Origin: Rhizaria sp. SCN 62-66
Lineage: Eukaryota
DNA length: 64,000 nt
Direction: 5' to 3'
NCBI GenBank assembly: GCA_001724265.1
Contig: MEDY01000077.1
Coordinates: forward strand, 1-64,000
Every line of letters begins with the position of its first letter. Position 1 is the stretch's first letter. Of this stretch, positions 51,501-63,500 are shown one piece after another. The notes below the pieces were generated by a model that was not told where the DNA came from, ran no database searches, and saw nothing but the letters and a program-made list of their open reading frames with translations. The position numbers were made by a program, and so were the translations under genes.

Positions 51501-54500
51501 GTTTAAGTACCGGACGCTGCTGCGGCTTGGCTTTGACTGGCTGAACCAATACCTGCCTCACGTATTGCAAAAAATCAACCGTATTACATACGGTCTCATT
51601 ACCAGCAACAACACGAACGCTAACATGTTCAGCACAAACACGTATCCTACCTCCAACAATGGCAACGCAAACTCGCAAGGTGCTGCTGTTGACAGATTGC
51701 CGCTTGCCACTGCATCGCGCCTGGCACTGGCAGTGCCTTTCATTGGCAAAGACGTGCCTTCTCGGTCAAGTGAGTTCTCGCATCCTGACATCACGATCGG
51801 ACTTACACTGCTTGCTTACCGCTATGATGGTCTCCGTGGCAGTGACTTGGTGAAGCTTATCACGGGTTTGCAGAGCGCTGTGGCAACTGAGGCAGGTCCG
51901 CCCGACGCACGGCTTAGCGCGTCTTTATATAGCGCATGGGTTGCGGATGCGGGGGGTCGTGTGATGACTAAGTCGCGGAGCATTGCTGAGAAATCAAGCT
52001 GTATAGTTAAGGCAAGTCGTGAATGCCCGAGGGTGCACCCTGACGAGTGCGGAGCTTGCAGCTCGGCTGGCAGCGATACGGCTTCATCGTGTAGTGCGGC
52101 TGTGAGTCGGACCACAAACGTAACTGCCAGTCACGACGAGATTGATGTCAACGCCGAAGTCAGCGCTGATGAGGAGCTTGAAAGCTACTGCAATGATTCC
52201 GGATTTTCCAGTACCAACGAGGAGACAAACGTAGGTGCCCGCAGTTGTATTGCAGATCAGGTCCGCTCCCTTGCTACGCCCACTGTTCTTCCACTACGTC
52301 TGCTGAAGCCCACGCACACCTCGCAGATGACGACCTTGTTTGCGCTGTTACGCAGGTACCCAGAGGCTATCACACATTATCTCGAGACATTCGTCTTTCC
52401 CCGGCATCTGCCGTATTCTGGCAGCAAGATTGCTTCTTCGGGACAGGATCTCGGCTCTGAGATGCTGTTTGACGCGCGCATCGGTTACTCTGGCACGCCG
52501 TCAATGCTGATCCCACGTGAGATGGGCGCGTGTTACTATCAGACCGGGCAGACGGCGAACACGATCGCCACGCTCACGTCACCGGACAGCGCTGATGTCG
52601 ATATTCTGCCGTCTAACTGGACTGCGTTGTCGATTCTTGCCCGCGTTGCGAAGACAAGCCGCTACCACGCACTTATCGACACTGGCGCGCTCATCACAGG
52701 ACTAAACAACCAGCAAGCTGCAGAGGCTCTGTTGGCGCTTGGTCTTGCGCGTTTTGACGGTGTTGTGTTCTTCAGTCAGGCCGATGTGCCGATGGTGCTA
52801 CACCGCAAGCACGCGCGTGTTGTGCCTTTTGCACAGTGCGGTTTGCTCCCGCACCGTCGCTTTACGTTTTATGACCAAGTCCACACGACTGGCGCCGACA
52901 TCATGCACCCGCTTGGTGCCGCCGCGGTGCAGACGTTGGGCAAAGACATGACGTTCCGCGACCTCGCACAGGGCGCTTATCGCATGCGTGGACTGGGCAA
53001 AGGTCAGAGAGTCTGTTTGTATGTCATTCCTGAAGTTCAAGCGTTGATTATGCGGCAGATTGAAGCATGTGTGCTTTCAAAGCTAGTCAAAAACGAAGCT
53101 CAAACGATAGGGCCGGAGTCAACTTTGATGTCTACATCTGCGGCAGCACTTGTGCCGCTCTCTGGTTCTGACGCGAAGTGTGATTGCGTTTGTGCGCTTG
53201 CGCCATTGGCAAACCACTATGCAAAGTGTTTCTTCTCATCTTCTTCTGGCTTCAACAAGACTAAGCCTGTTGGCGCAGATCCTCATGTAAACGTTGACAA
53301 AAGCAGTGCAGCTCCGAGCGGCACTCCTGTGAAGTGCCCGCATGCTCGTGAGCACACTCAGCTATGCCTGCTAGCAATCCTAGCCTGGTCGTTCCTGAAC
53401 CTTCTCGAATCAGAGGTGCTTCAGTTCAGGCAGCTATGCTTGCAGTCAATTGCGGGCATTTACCGCAAGAGCGCATTCGGCATTGTGCAACGGTTCGTAG
53501 CCAAAGCATTCTCGTCTCGCCGTGGTGGCCAAGGCAACGGCCGGGCCGGGAAAGATGAGACACATTCACCTGACCTGCAAATCAACAAGAGTGGTGCGAG
53601 CGATATTCGTGCTGCTGTGCCCGCGAGCACTGCTCCCAGCACTGATAGGCCGCCAGGTGCTGTCGCCTCTTACACGCGTAAGCACACGTACACGACCGTG
53701 GTTCCACCAAGCACAGCTTTGGCTGCCACACATGCTGGCAGTACCATCACGAACATGAGTGATGACAGCAGCGAAGACGACTGCCCCAGTCTTTCGACGG
53801 TTAGTAAAGCGCTGGCGTTGTTGTGTGACCCCGTCTCCTATCAGGTTGATACCGAGTTCACAATCATGCCGCCACTACCAGCGGGCATGCAGGAGCACCT
53901 AAGTCTTGCAGCGTCAGTGCTGAGTGAGCAAGATCAAGAGCAGATTACGGCATTATTGACTGTCTTACGCGCCGTCACACTGCGCGCACTTAGCGCCGAC
54001 GGCAGCTCTGACAGTAGCCCAAGCGCAGACACAGCCACAAATGCGAGCGCAGTTGAGTCCCTAGCCCCACCACAGGCTGGGAGGGTCCCCGGTAGCGACA
54101 GTGTTGAGGCTATTGTTACTGACGCTGCTCCGACCGAAGCAGAGTCGTCAGACACGGGCGTGTTTGCAGGCACCGCGCCCGATGAAGATGCCACACTCGC
54201 ACTTCGGAGGGCGATTGCAACCGCGGTGAGTGCTGCGACAGCGCCGTACACTTTGCTTGCTCCTAAAGTTATCCGGGCTGCGACAGCGGCGTACAGTCCT
54301 GTCGTAAGTACGAATACGGGCGCTGCCGACACTAACGACGGTCAGCCGCCTCGCTCTGACGCCGTGGGCGCTTACACAGGTCCTGACTTTGCGTCTCTTG
54401 CGCTATCCCTTGAAGCCGTGCAAGTCCGCGTTTCATAGCGCGAGAGCGACCGAGAGTCGCAGCAAACCCGTGAGGTGGAGCAAGAGACCGAGGAGGACCG

Positions 54501-57500
54501 CCGCCGCGAGCGCGAGAGCAATGCGCCCGTAAGAGCTGCGGTGGTGCCGTGGAAGCTGCGCCGCCTCGCAGTGCCCGAGGGCTGGAGTGGGGTGTTCTAC
54601 CCGCTATCCGAGCTTAAGCTGGGTGTCAACGATGTGTCGCTGCGGTTTCCGCCGTATATCTTTGTCTCGCGCAACTACTACGATGCGCCGAACACAGGCG
54701 TTCACCGCAGCAGTAGCAGCATTAACAATGGCGAAAGCCGCAGCGGGGCGCAAGGCAGATCCACAGGAGACGACGGCTTTGGTGGTGTGAGTGCAGACAA
54801 CGTCACAAACAGCGGCGACTTGACGATGGGTGGCGAGCCCGCTGGTGTTGTGAACAGCATCAACGCGGTGTTGCCGCCTGTCACCATGGTGCTTGATGTG
54901 CTGTATGACACTGCTGTTGTTCAAGAGCGGTTTCACCCGACGTTCAACAACCCGTTTGTGCTGACGCCGATGGCGCTTGAGCTGCTCGGCGAGCCCTTGC
55001 TGTGCGGTGTATGGCGTGAGATGGAGAAAATGTGGGCGATTAACGAACAAGACGCCATGAATAATGAGAACGTCGACAGCAGTAAAGTCATCAGTGGTGA
55101 AGCTGTGGTTCACCCGCAAGTTCCTGCAAGTGTCACAACGAACGCTCGAAGTGTTCTTAAGGCAAGAAAGCACAAGAAGCAGGCAAAAGCGCGGATCACC
55201 ACAGCTGCTAGCAAGAGTGTCACTGAAGGCGGCCTAACTTCCAGCTCTTCTGCCTCCAACAGCAGCTTCCCCGACCTGAGCTCAATTACGGCGCTGCTCT
55301 CGCGCATTTGCCGCCGTGTTGGGCTGCTGCGAGACGAGCAGCCCACCCTCGCCGGACGGCGCATGCTGCTCGAAGTTGTGTCACTCTTTGACCTTAACGG
55401 CGACGGGCTTCTTGAACTCGATGAGCTGCGCTATATGCTGCAAGCAATGACCGGTGTTGAGCACACCGAACGCGCATATACGAGCATGCTCCTGCAGTTT
55501 TTCCGGCAAAACCCTGTCGATTCACTGTGCGAGTTCCCAGCGCTCGCGGACCCTGCCGTGATTGCACAGCTTGCCGATCCGACCAACAAAACCGTGCCCC
55601 GTGCCCTGAGCGCGCCGTACACGGTTTCTCAGGCGCACTTGCTGCTCGGGCAAGGTGCGGCCCGCGGCCGCCACCGTGGACGTCGCTTTGTTGTGGTGTC
55701 ACTTGCAGAGGCGGAAACGATCTACCGCGCGATTCACACGCGCTCGGCGCAAGATCTGCCAATCATTCAAGAAATCTGCGCAGACATCTCCAAGAGTATC
55801 AACAGCAGCACCGACAACAGCGGAAGCGTCCCGGTAAAGATCCGCGCCGTCGGCATCGCCCTGCGTCAGCTATCGCCGGATGCGTTCCCCGCTGTGGCCG
55901 CGTCGAAGCACATGCCTCCGGCAGCGCCGAACCAGCTCAACACGGTGCATCAGTGTCTCCGTCTGTTTAACGGCGAGTTGCAGTTCAGCGATCAAGAGAT
56001 CACTGCTTTGTTCCGCGCGCTTGTGCCGAACCCACCGTCGCGCATCCGTGCCTTTTTCGCCGCAGTCACCGCACACCGCAAGCTTGCGACACGGAGTCTG
56101 ATTGCACAGTCTCCTGTGGCGCAGCTCTGGGCCTGGGCCGGCCCGCTCGCGCACTTGCGCATGCGACTTTCCCTTGCGAAACTCGCACACCACGCCCGCA
56201 TGCGTGGACTTACTGTGGAAGCGATGTTCACCGCGTTCAATAGCAGCGGCACTGGGCTGTTGAGCGCGAGCGAAGTGTTGACGCTGTGGGCGTGGCTCGG
56301 GATTGGCTGCTTAAGGACTGACGGTAAAGGCAAAGTGTGGCTTCAAACGCAACCCGGAACGGATCCCACTGCTTGCAGCATCGGGAAAGTGGCGCCAACA
56401 GTGATTGCAACAGATGCGGTGTCATCAACGACCACAGAAAATCAGCCTACCGTGACTGTGGCTTGTGGAAGCTACAGCACCGCAAAGAGCGCTGCTGACA
56501 CGGTCATTACAGCGAGCATGCCTCAACCTGACCGTAAGGGTGCAACGGCGAGTGAAAAGCAGAGGAAGCGCAATAAAGAGTCGCGCACCAGGGTGACCGA
56601 GTTAGACATCCGCTCTGAAGCGCTGCGTGTGCTTGAAGTCATGAAGCTCTTTGACAAGGACTGCGATGGGCAGGTCTCGCTTGACGAGTTTAAGCAAATG
56701 CTCTGTGTCGGTGAGTCGACGCTGAGTAGTGCAACGAGCGGGCTGGTTGGCAGAACAGTTTCCTTGTTACCGCCTCCGCAGCCGTCGTATGACGCTGAGG
56801 TGCACGCGCCGCGGCGCGTCACGGCGGCCGAGATGCAGATGGCATCTGCAGCGAGGTCGCGGTTACTGTCGAAGGCAGAGGGTGGCTACGACGACAGCGA
56901 GAATACGTGTATGTGCTTGTCTGTAGAGCCTCGCGAATACGCTTCGGCTGCGCCGCAGTTTGCAGTTGCAACAACGGGAGCAAAGGCTGCTGCAAAGGCT
57001 GGAAGCATATCCGCTGTAGCTGGTGACGGCTCTGGGCACTACGCACCAAGCTCATCGTCCTCCTCCTCATCATCATCTTCCTCGTCGTCATCGCTGTCGA
57101 CAATGGCGCCACTGGGGTCCTCGGCGGCTCGACCGGCGCTTACTGCAGCAGTGATGAGTGGAACGAGCGCGAGCGGCACAAACAGTGCTGCAAGCAAGGA
57201 TGACGGATCAGCGGTGGTCAAACCGACCGAGTCGGTTGCAAGTGCGACTACAACTGCTGACACAACTATGCCAACGACTGACAAGACGAACTCCCACGTC
57301 GAGTTTGACAACAGTGTACTTCCGATTAAAACTGTCACGATTGGCATCAAGACAGTTGCACAGCTGTGCAAGGAACTTGCCATGCGCCGCAGCATCACCG
57401 CCGACGCCGAGTCGCACATGTCCGCGCTTGCTGTGCAGCACAGGCTGTACTTGCAGTCGCTGCGCGTGATGATTGCGACGCTAATTGGCGGTGTGTCGCC

Positions 57501-60500
57501 GTGCGAAGGCTCCGCGGGCGGTATGGTGTGGCGGTTTACTCGGTGCTTCCTGCCTGAGCGTGTTGCCATTGTTATCCCAGCGCGGCATTATGAGAGACTT
57601 ACGCTCAATGACACAAGCGCTGGCAAACTCTCGAGTAATAACGACGTCGCGGGTGTGCGGCGTACCGGGTTTGTCACGCTGATGTGTGGCGAGTCGCTGG
57701 ACATTCGGGACCCATTCACGAACATGATTACATCCTTTGCCACTGTTGGTAACAGCCTCCGCGACATCCATAGTGCAATTCCCTACGATGCGATTGCACG
57801 ATGCAGCGACGCCCTTGCCTCAGAGCGCGGCGTTGCAATTTACGCGCCCGACCGTGAGCCGCGGAACCTCTCAGCCCCACGTGTCGCTCTCACATCGCAC
57901 CCCTTAGACGCGCTCTCAGTCTGCGGCGTGAGGCTGCCCAGCTTCCACACGGCGCGCGCACTCGGACCGGTAGCGATGGCGACGCAAGTCTCCGATCCGG
58001 CGTTTGAGCGCGGACTTGTGTTGTCGCAGAAGAACATCGACAGGCAATGCTTAGTTGCACAGTCCATAGTTGCAGCGACTGCCGCTGCTATGGCCGCGAT
58101 TCGCCGCGCAGCAAAAGATGAGAGTGCCAAAACTGGAGAATCTACGACTGCGCTCGGCTCCTCCGTGGGTGTAGTCAAGGCGCAAGAGACAAGCAGCACA
58201 AGCGCAAGTAGCACTCGTGGCGATTTGAGCGCTTTGGCGCCGGCCGTTGCACCTGTTGTTACGATTGCCGGTACAACGCCATTGGTTATGGTCACTGCTG
58301 AAAACGCTGACACGGACGTGATTGTTGACAGCAACACTGTCACCAGCGCGGATGGTACTTCGAGTGACACCAGCGATCGCGAGGATGGAAAGAGTTAGGA
58401 TAGCGCGTCCAGTCGCACGAGCAGCCGCTCCACCCAAAATCGCATCTACAGTCAGACAACAGACAGCGTCGCAGTGTCCCTGTCAGCAGCCGTTAAAGAG
58501 CCTGTCTATGCTGAGATGCGCGCCGCAGCTGCTAACAGTGCGCTGAAGCGCGTGTGTGATGTGATGGCGCTTGTTGACTCGGAAGGCAGCGATAGTGCGC
58601 GCGCAAAGGGGACCGGCGATGGCTCGCAGTCACGCTTGAAACTGCGCTTGAAGGCGCGGTCGCGGTCTTCACTGCTTGCATCACGCTCACAGGGGCGCTT
58701 GCAGAAGTTAGTCACCAGCTTACAACCACGGGCTTCCGGTGAGCACCCACGGTTACAGCAACAGTATCAACAGCCGCCGCAGCAGAGCAGCTCTGGTAAG
58801 AAGTCCAGCTGCAAGAGCAGCGAGCGCGAGCACGATGACGCGCATATTGTGATGATGAAAGTGCTTCAGGCTCAACTTCCTTAGTCGCCACCGCCGGGTG
58901 CGCAATCGCCGTATCACTACAGCCGCGCTGGTGTTAAGGACAAGATCGCCGATGTTGAGCGTGACGTGGAACACCCGACGCCGGCGTCGAATAGTTTGCT
59001 CTTGCCACCTGAGGATCGCAAGACGGCGCCCCACGATGATAAACCCAAGGCGACATCGGCTTCTGGCACGGCAGCAGGTGCTAAGCACGCTGGTGTTGAC
59101 GCCAACGTGTACGGTAGCGTTGCAATTGGAAGCGATGGCAAGATCGACTGGAGTGCCGGCGCTCCGGGCTCAGAACGTCAGCTCGTGATCTGGGCTGTGC
59201 CGCAGCTGCTGCGTCTCCTAGTTTGGGCTCGAGTCGGTTTCAACCGGAGTGCAACGCTGCAGAAGATCAACCCGTGGGCTGTGCAGCCCGAGTCGCTTGC
59301 CCCGTCGAGCAATGAGACAGCTGCCTCTGATGACAGCAGTAGCACTGCTGGCGCTGCAGTCAAACGCACAAGTTCTGACTCGCGCTCACTGTTGCCGCTA
59401 CTTGCCCAGCGCTTTCTTGCCGCAGTCGACGCCGCAACGAAAGCGGGTGTAATGGTTGCCTCTCAGTCGCCGCCACGCGAAGTCATGATCGCTCTTTTCC
59501 AACTCTCGTTCTGCGGCCTTGCCTCCGCAATGGCGCACGTGTCACCCCGCCGTGACATGCACACCGCGTTTGCGCTGCACGCGTCACTACTGCTACATTT
59601 GCCGCCGTCGCGCTCTGTTGTGGTCATCGGCAGCAGCAATTCCGGCGGTGGGGATGGCGCGCAGCAGAGAGTTGAAGGTCTGGCTGCGAACGGCGGCGGC
59701 CGCTGTGTCAACATGTACACTGTCATCATGACTGTGAAGCTAGACCGGCTGCCTGGGGGCGGAAGGCTCGGCTGTGCTGGTGACGATGAGGCAGACTTTG
59801 ACGACGATGATATGGATGATGATGACAATGATGGCAGCTTTGAGCGCTTTGTGTTGTTCACACCTCATCCATACTCGCTCACAACGCCGCAGTCTCGTGC
59901 ACTGGCACTTGCAGCAACGGGCGCAGCAGGCGACATCGGTTCTGGCTACGGCGGGGACACAAGCGTTAGTATCTCTGCAAACCTAAGCAACTCTGCGAAC
60001 ATTGCCCTGACAACCGCAATGAACTTGCTCACCGTCGACAGGTTCGGTCGCGTTCGCATCGGCTACACAGGCCTGCCTCCAGTCGCCGCCGCTACTGCAG
60101 CCACAGTCGCGACAGCGGCGCGCGCGCGCATGATTGCGCAATCACAAGCTCAGGCACAGTTGTCGAGGGCCCAACAACAACAACAACAACAACAACAACA
60201 GCAACGTGGTGGTGGTGGTGCGTCCGCGGGCGGCGGGCTCCGCCGGCCGATGCCATCTCCGACCACGCCCGTTATCAGTGCAGGTCTTAGCACGGCCCCA
60301 GGCATTGCTACACCGCAACAGCCTTTGGATGCTGAGGATGTAGCCGCTGTGGAGAGTGACAGCAATGATATTGAAAGTCTTGCTGCCGCCAGTGCGTTTG
60401 ACTACGACCCAGTGTACGAGACCGAGTACGGCGCTGGCTTGCTGAAGTCCAAGGCGCAGTACATCGCTGCTGTGCAAAATCAAGCCGTCGCGTTGGACAA

Positions 60501-63500
60501 AAGTCAAACGACCCTTGCTACTCGCAGCCGCGGCACCAGGCCTCCGCTACCGACACCGGTTGCAGCCACAGCCCGTCAACAGCATCAGCGTCAACAAGAT
60601 CAATCGCTCTCGTCTCAGCAACAGCAGGTCATGCAACAGCTTACGCAGCAGCAATGCCTACGTGCGCCTCAAGCGCTTTGGAAGCATTCAAATGGGGTGA
60701 AGACAGCTGGTCTTAATGGCGACACGAACAGCGGTCTGCGCAGTAACTCAAGCACGAGCTCTGGGCTCCCGACCGCACCGCCACCTTCAATGGCGACCAC
60801 ACCAACACCGTCGTTTAACGTGCATCTGGACGCTAACAACGGCAGTGATCGCAGCGGTCACAACGCGCTTCCGGAAGTGAGTGCCCACACCAGTCCGCTA
60901 GGTACAAGCGCGACAGATGAGAGCGCGTACCCAAGCGACTTGGTTGATGTGGGGATACAGTCGAAACTCGTGCCGACGGTTGGCACCGGGCGCTGGCACC
61001 ATAGCTCGCTACTCAACGACAGTCCAACGCCGACGCCGAAGACAACGGCCAAGACAGCAAAGCGTGCGTCGGTGAAGTGGCGCATGCACGGCGACGGCGC
61101 TGTGAGCAGCGACAACGTGGCTGAGACAGAGCATCCGTTCTCATTCTTCACCCGGTCGCCTGACGACAATGACAGCGACGCGCCGTCGCACGGCACGGCA
61201 GCAACAACAGTCGTTGCCCCTCCGTCCCAGCCGCACTCGCGGTCACGCTCGCAGTCCCAGTACCAGCCTCAGACGCAGTCTCATCAGCAGCGCGACTTTG
61301 CCGATCTCGCCCAGGCATCCTCCCGCAGTCTCCTGCCCAGCCCGGTGTCCCGCGAGCTCAGTGACGCCGGCGCGCATGAGCCTGGACGAGACGGCTACAG
61401 ATCTACGGATCTGCAGGCTTCACATGGCCACGCAGACGGTGACGCTTTGTCGGTGTTGTCAGTGTCAAACGCGCCCCCGCAGACTCCGGCTTCAGCTAAC
61501 AGTCCGCATCGCACTGCAGCAGCCAAGACAAGTGCTCAGATTGACGAGGGCACTTTGTACACTGTCGGCGAGGGCAATCTGTTCTTGCCGGATGAATTGC
61601 TTGATTTGCCGCCCCCGTTTCAGTTTGAGTGGCAGCACTCTCCTGGTAGCAGCGCGGCGACAAGCGTCGAGAACAAGAGTGGCAGTGGACAAACTCAGAT
61701 GCAGCCGAGCCCAGTGCTGCGCCAACCGTTGTTGCAATCGACGCGACCGCTGCGCTCCCTGCTGAATCCGATATCTCTGCCGCCGATGTCACCGTCAACG
61801 TCGTTGCCGACAGCGTTGCACGCGCAGTCGCAGTCCCAGTCGCAGCCGCACTCGGTACCTCAGTCAGAGACTACTTCTCCAGACAGGCTCTCGACCACGG
61901 CACAGCTGCACAGCAGTCACAATCTGTCGTCATCATCGTTGCTGCCAAGATCTAGATCCCTTTGGCCGTGGCCGCTTCAACCTAACGCGCAACCTCACTC
62001 GCAATCTCGTGTGCAGTCCCCGTCTGATACGCAGTCGCATGTCACAAATGCCGGCATCAAGTCAAACGGCGCGAACATGAAGAAGGACACGCCCAGCAGT
62101 CTTGTGTATAGCAACAGCATGCATGAGGTGAGCGACATTGGTGACATGTATGCCCCGAATAGTGTGTTCACGTGGCACACGCAAATCAACCCAGACATGC
62201 CTGAACACTCTCAGGCAAACACCCCCGCTGTGACCACGGCTCGAAACGGCCGGCGCGGAAGCGCAGAGCCTGGCAAGCGCGGTGCAAGTGTGTTGCAAAA
62301 GCAACAACGGCCCAATCACGCGCAGAGTCACAGTGTGGGTCACGAAGAAGAAGAGGAAGAAGACGGCGGAGGTGCGCACAGTGCCAGCACGAGTCCAATC
62401 GCGAGTCCTCTGGCAACGTCACCTGAAATCGAGATAGAGCTTGAGCGAGGGCAAGAGCACGAGCAAGATCATGGCTATCAGTGTCAGTGTGACACCAACA
62501 AGAGAAAGGGTGCTCCGTGTGTGACGACAGGGCCGACGCCTGCATCAACACCAGTACCGTCAATCAGCAGCGCGAGCCACCTGCTGACTGAGACTATTAA
62601 CTTCGAAGGGCCCACGGTCAGAGATGCGACCCAACTGCCTCCAGGTAGCGGCGCAGGCCAGATTCCGTCAGTGACGGATGTGAGTCAGATCCCCACGGTC
62701 AGTAGCAGCAGCCTCACGCCCACAGTCCCCGACGCGACGCAAACCGTTGCCGACAAGCATGAAGGGGAAATGCTCGGTTTGAGCCACTTTGACTGGGCTC
62801 AACCGATGAAATCAAGCTATCTACGCCGTTTGAGCTCGGCCGGCGTTGGCGTCGGCGCGCCCAACGTCGGCCCTCGTCCGGCCAATGCAAACAACAGGTG
62901 TAGTTATTGTCATGGCACCTGCGCCCCTGCTGCAGCGGACTCTGACGCAGGCGCAGGCACTCAAACGCAGCCCAACGTGAAGCAAGCAGGGAATGATGAA
63001 ACCGCAAGAGAGAACGGTGCGAAGGTTGATAGCGACAGCACTTCGACGAGCGGTAGCGTCATCAGCGGCCGCTACAGTGAGAAGAGCGCAGTCATCGCAT
63101 CCACGCCTCGCGGTGGCGTGTTCATGACCCCGTTTTCGCTCGCCCACAGTCCCCTGCGCGGCAGACATCACCCGCAGTACCACAGCCGGGGCTACGGCCA
63201 GGGCCACAGCCACAACAACATCTACAGCCAAAGCCACGTCCCCAGCCCAGCTCAACAGCAGCAGCGCCACCAAAGCAACGCGAACGCCGTTGCGCCAGTG
63301 CCGATCGCCGGCATAGCGAGTCCCGACGTTGACGTCGGCGACACGCCCGTTGGCCGTGAGCAGCCCGGGCAAGCGCTCACGCCGTCAATGGACTCGGCGT
63401 CGGTCAGCATGTCGTCGCCGCCCAACTCGTTTGCGTCGACGCCGCCGTTGCGCGACGGCGTGCGCGACGGCATGCGCGACGGCGTGCGCGGGACGGCGCG

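Noticed and set aside
28401-58884. Eight or nine separate tandem genes, as the ORF track suggests
   Set aside because: Gaps are only tens of bases, in frame, stop-free and coding-like, with no AT-rich intergenic DNA like that between real genes here. Several ORF starts are GTG/TTG, and parts of one family architecture are spread across the pieces.
32055-58884. Each TAG being the acceptor or part of a small 3n intron (e.g. 46470-46511 GTAGTT..TTCAG, 42 nt; 32055-32081, 27 nt)
   Set aside because: Verified introns are 103-266 nt, AT-rich and mostly start GTAC. The TAG neighbourhoods lack these features, and all seven would need to preserve frame with no other stop. Individual cases, especially 46471, are not formally excluded without RNA-seq.
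32079-58884. A-to-I editing of UAG to Trp, pyrrolysine, or programmed leaky readthrough
   Set aside because: Contexts are polar and low-complexity (polyQ), unlike Trp sites. There is no shared 3' readthrough motif (next codons AAA, CCG, TTC, CAG, CGC, GAT, TCG). Seven leaky stops in series would give almost no full-length product. No pyl genes are visible.
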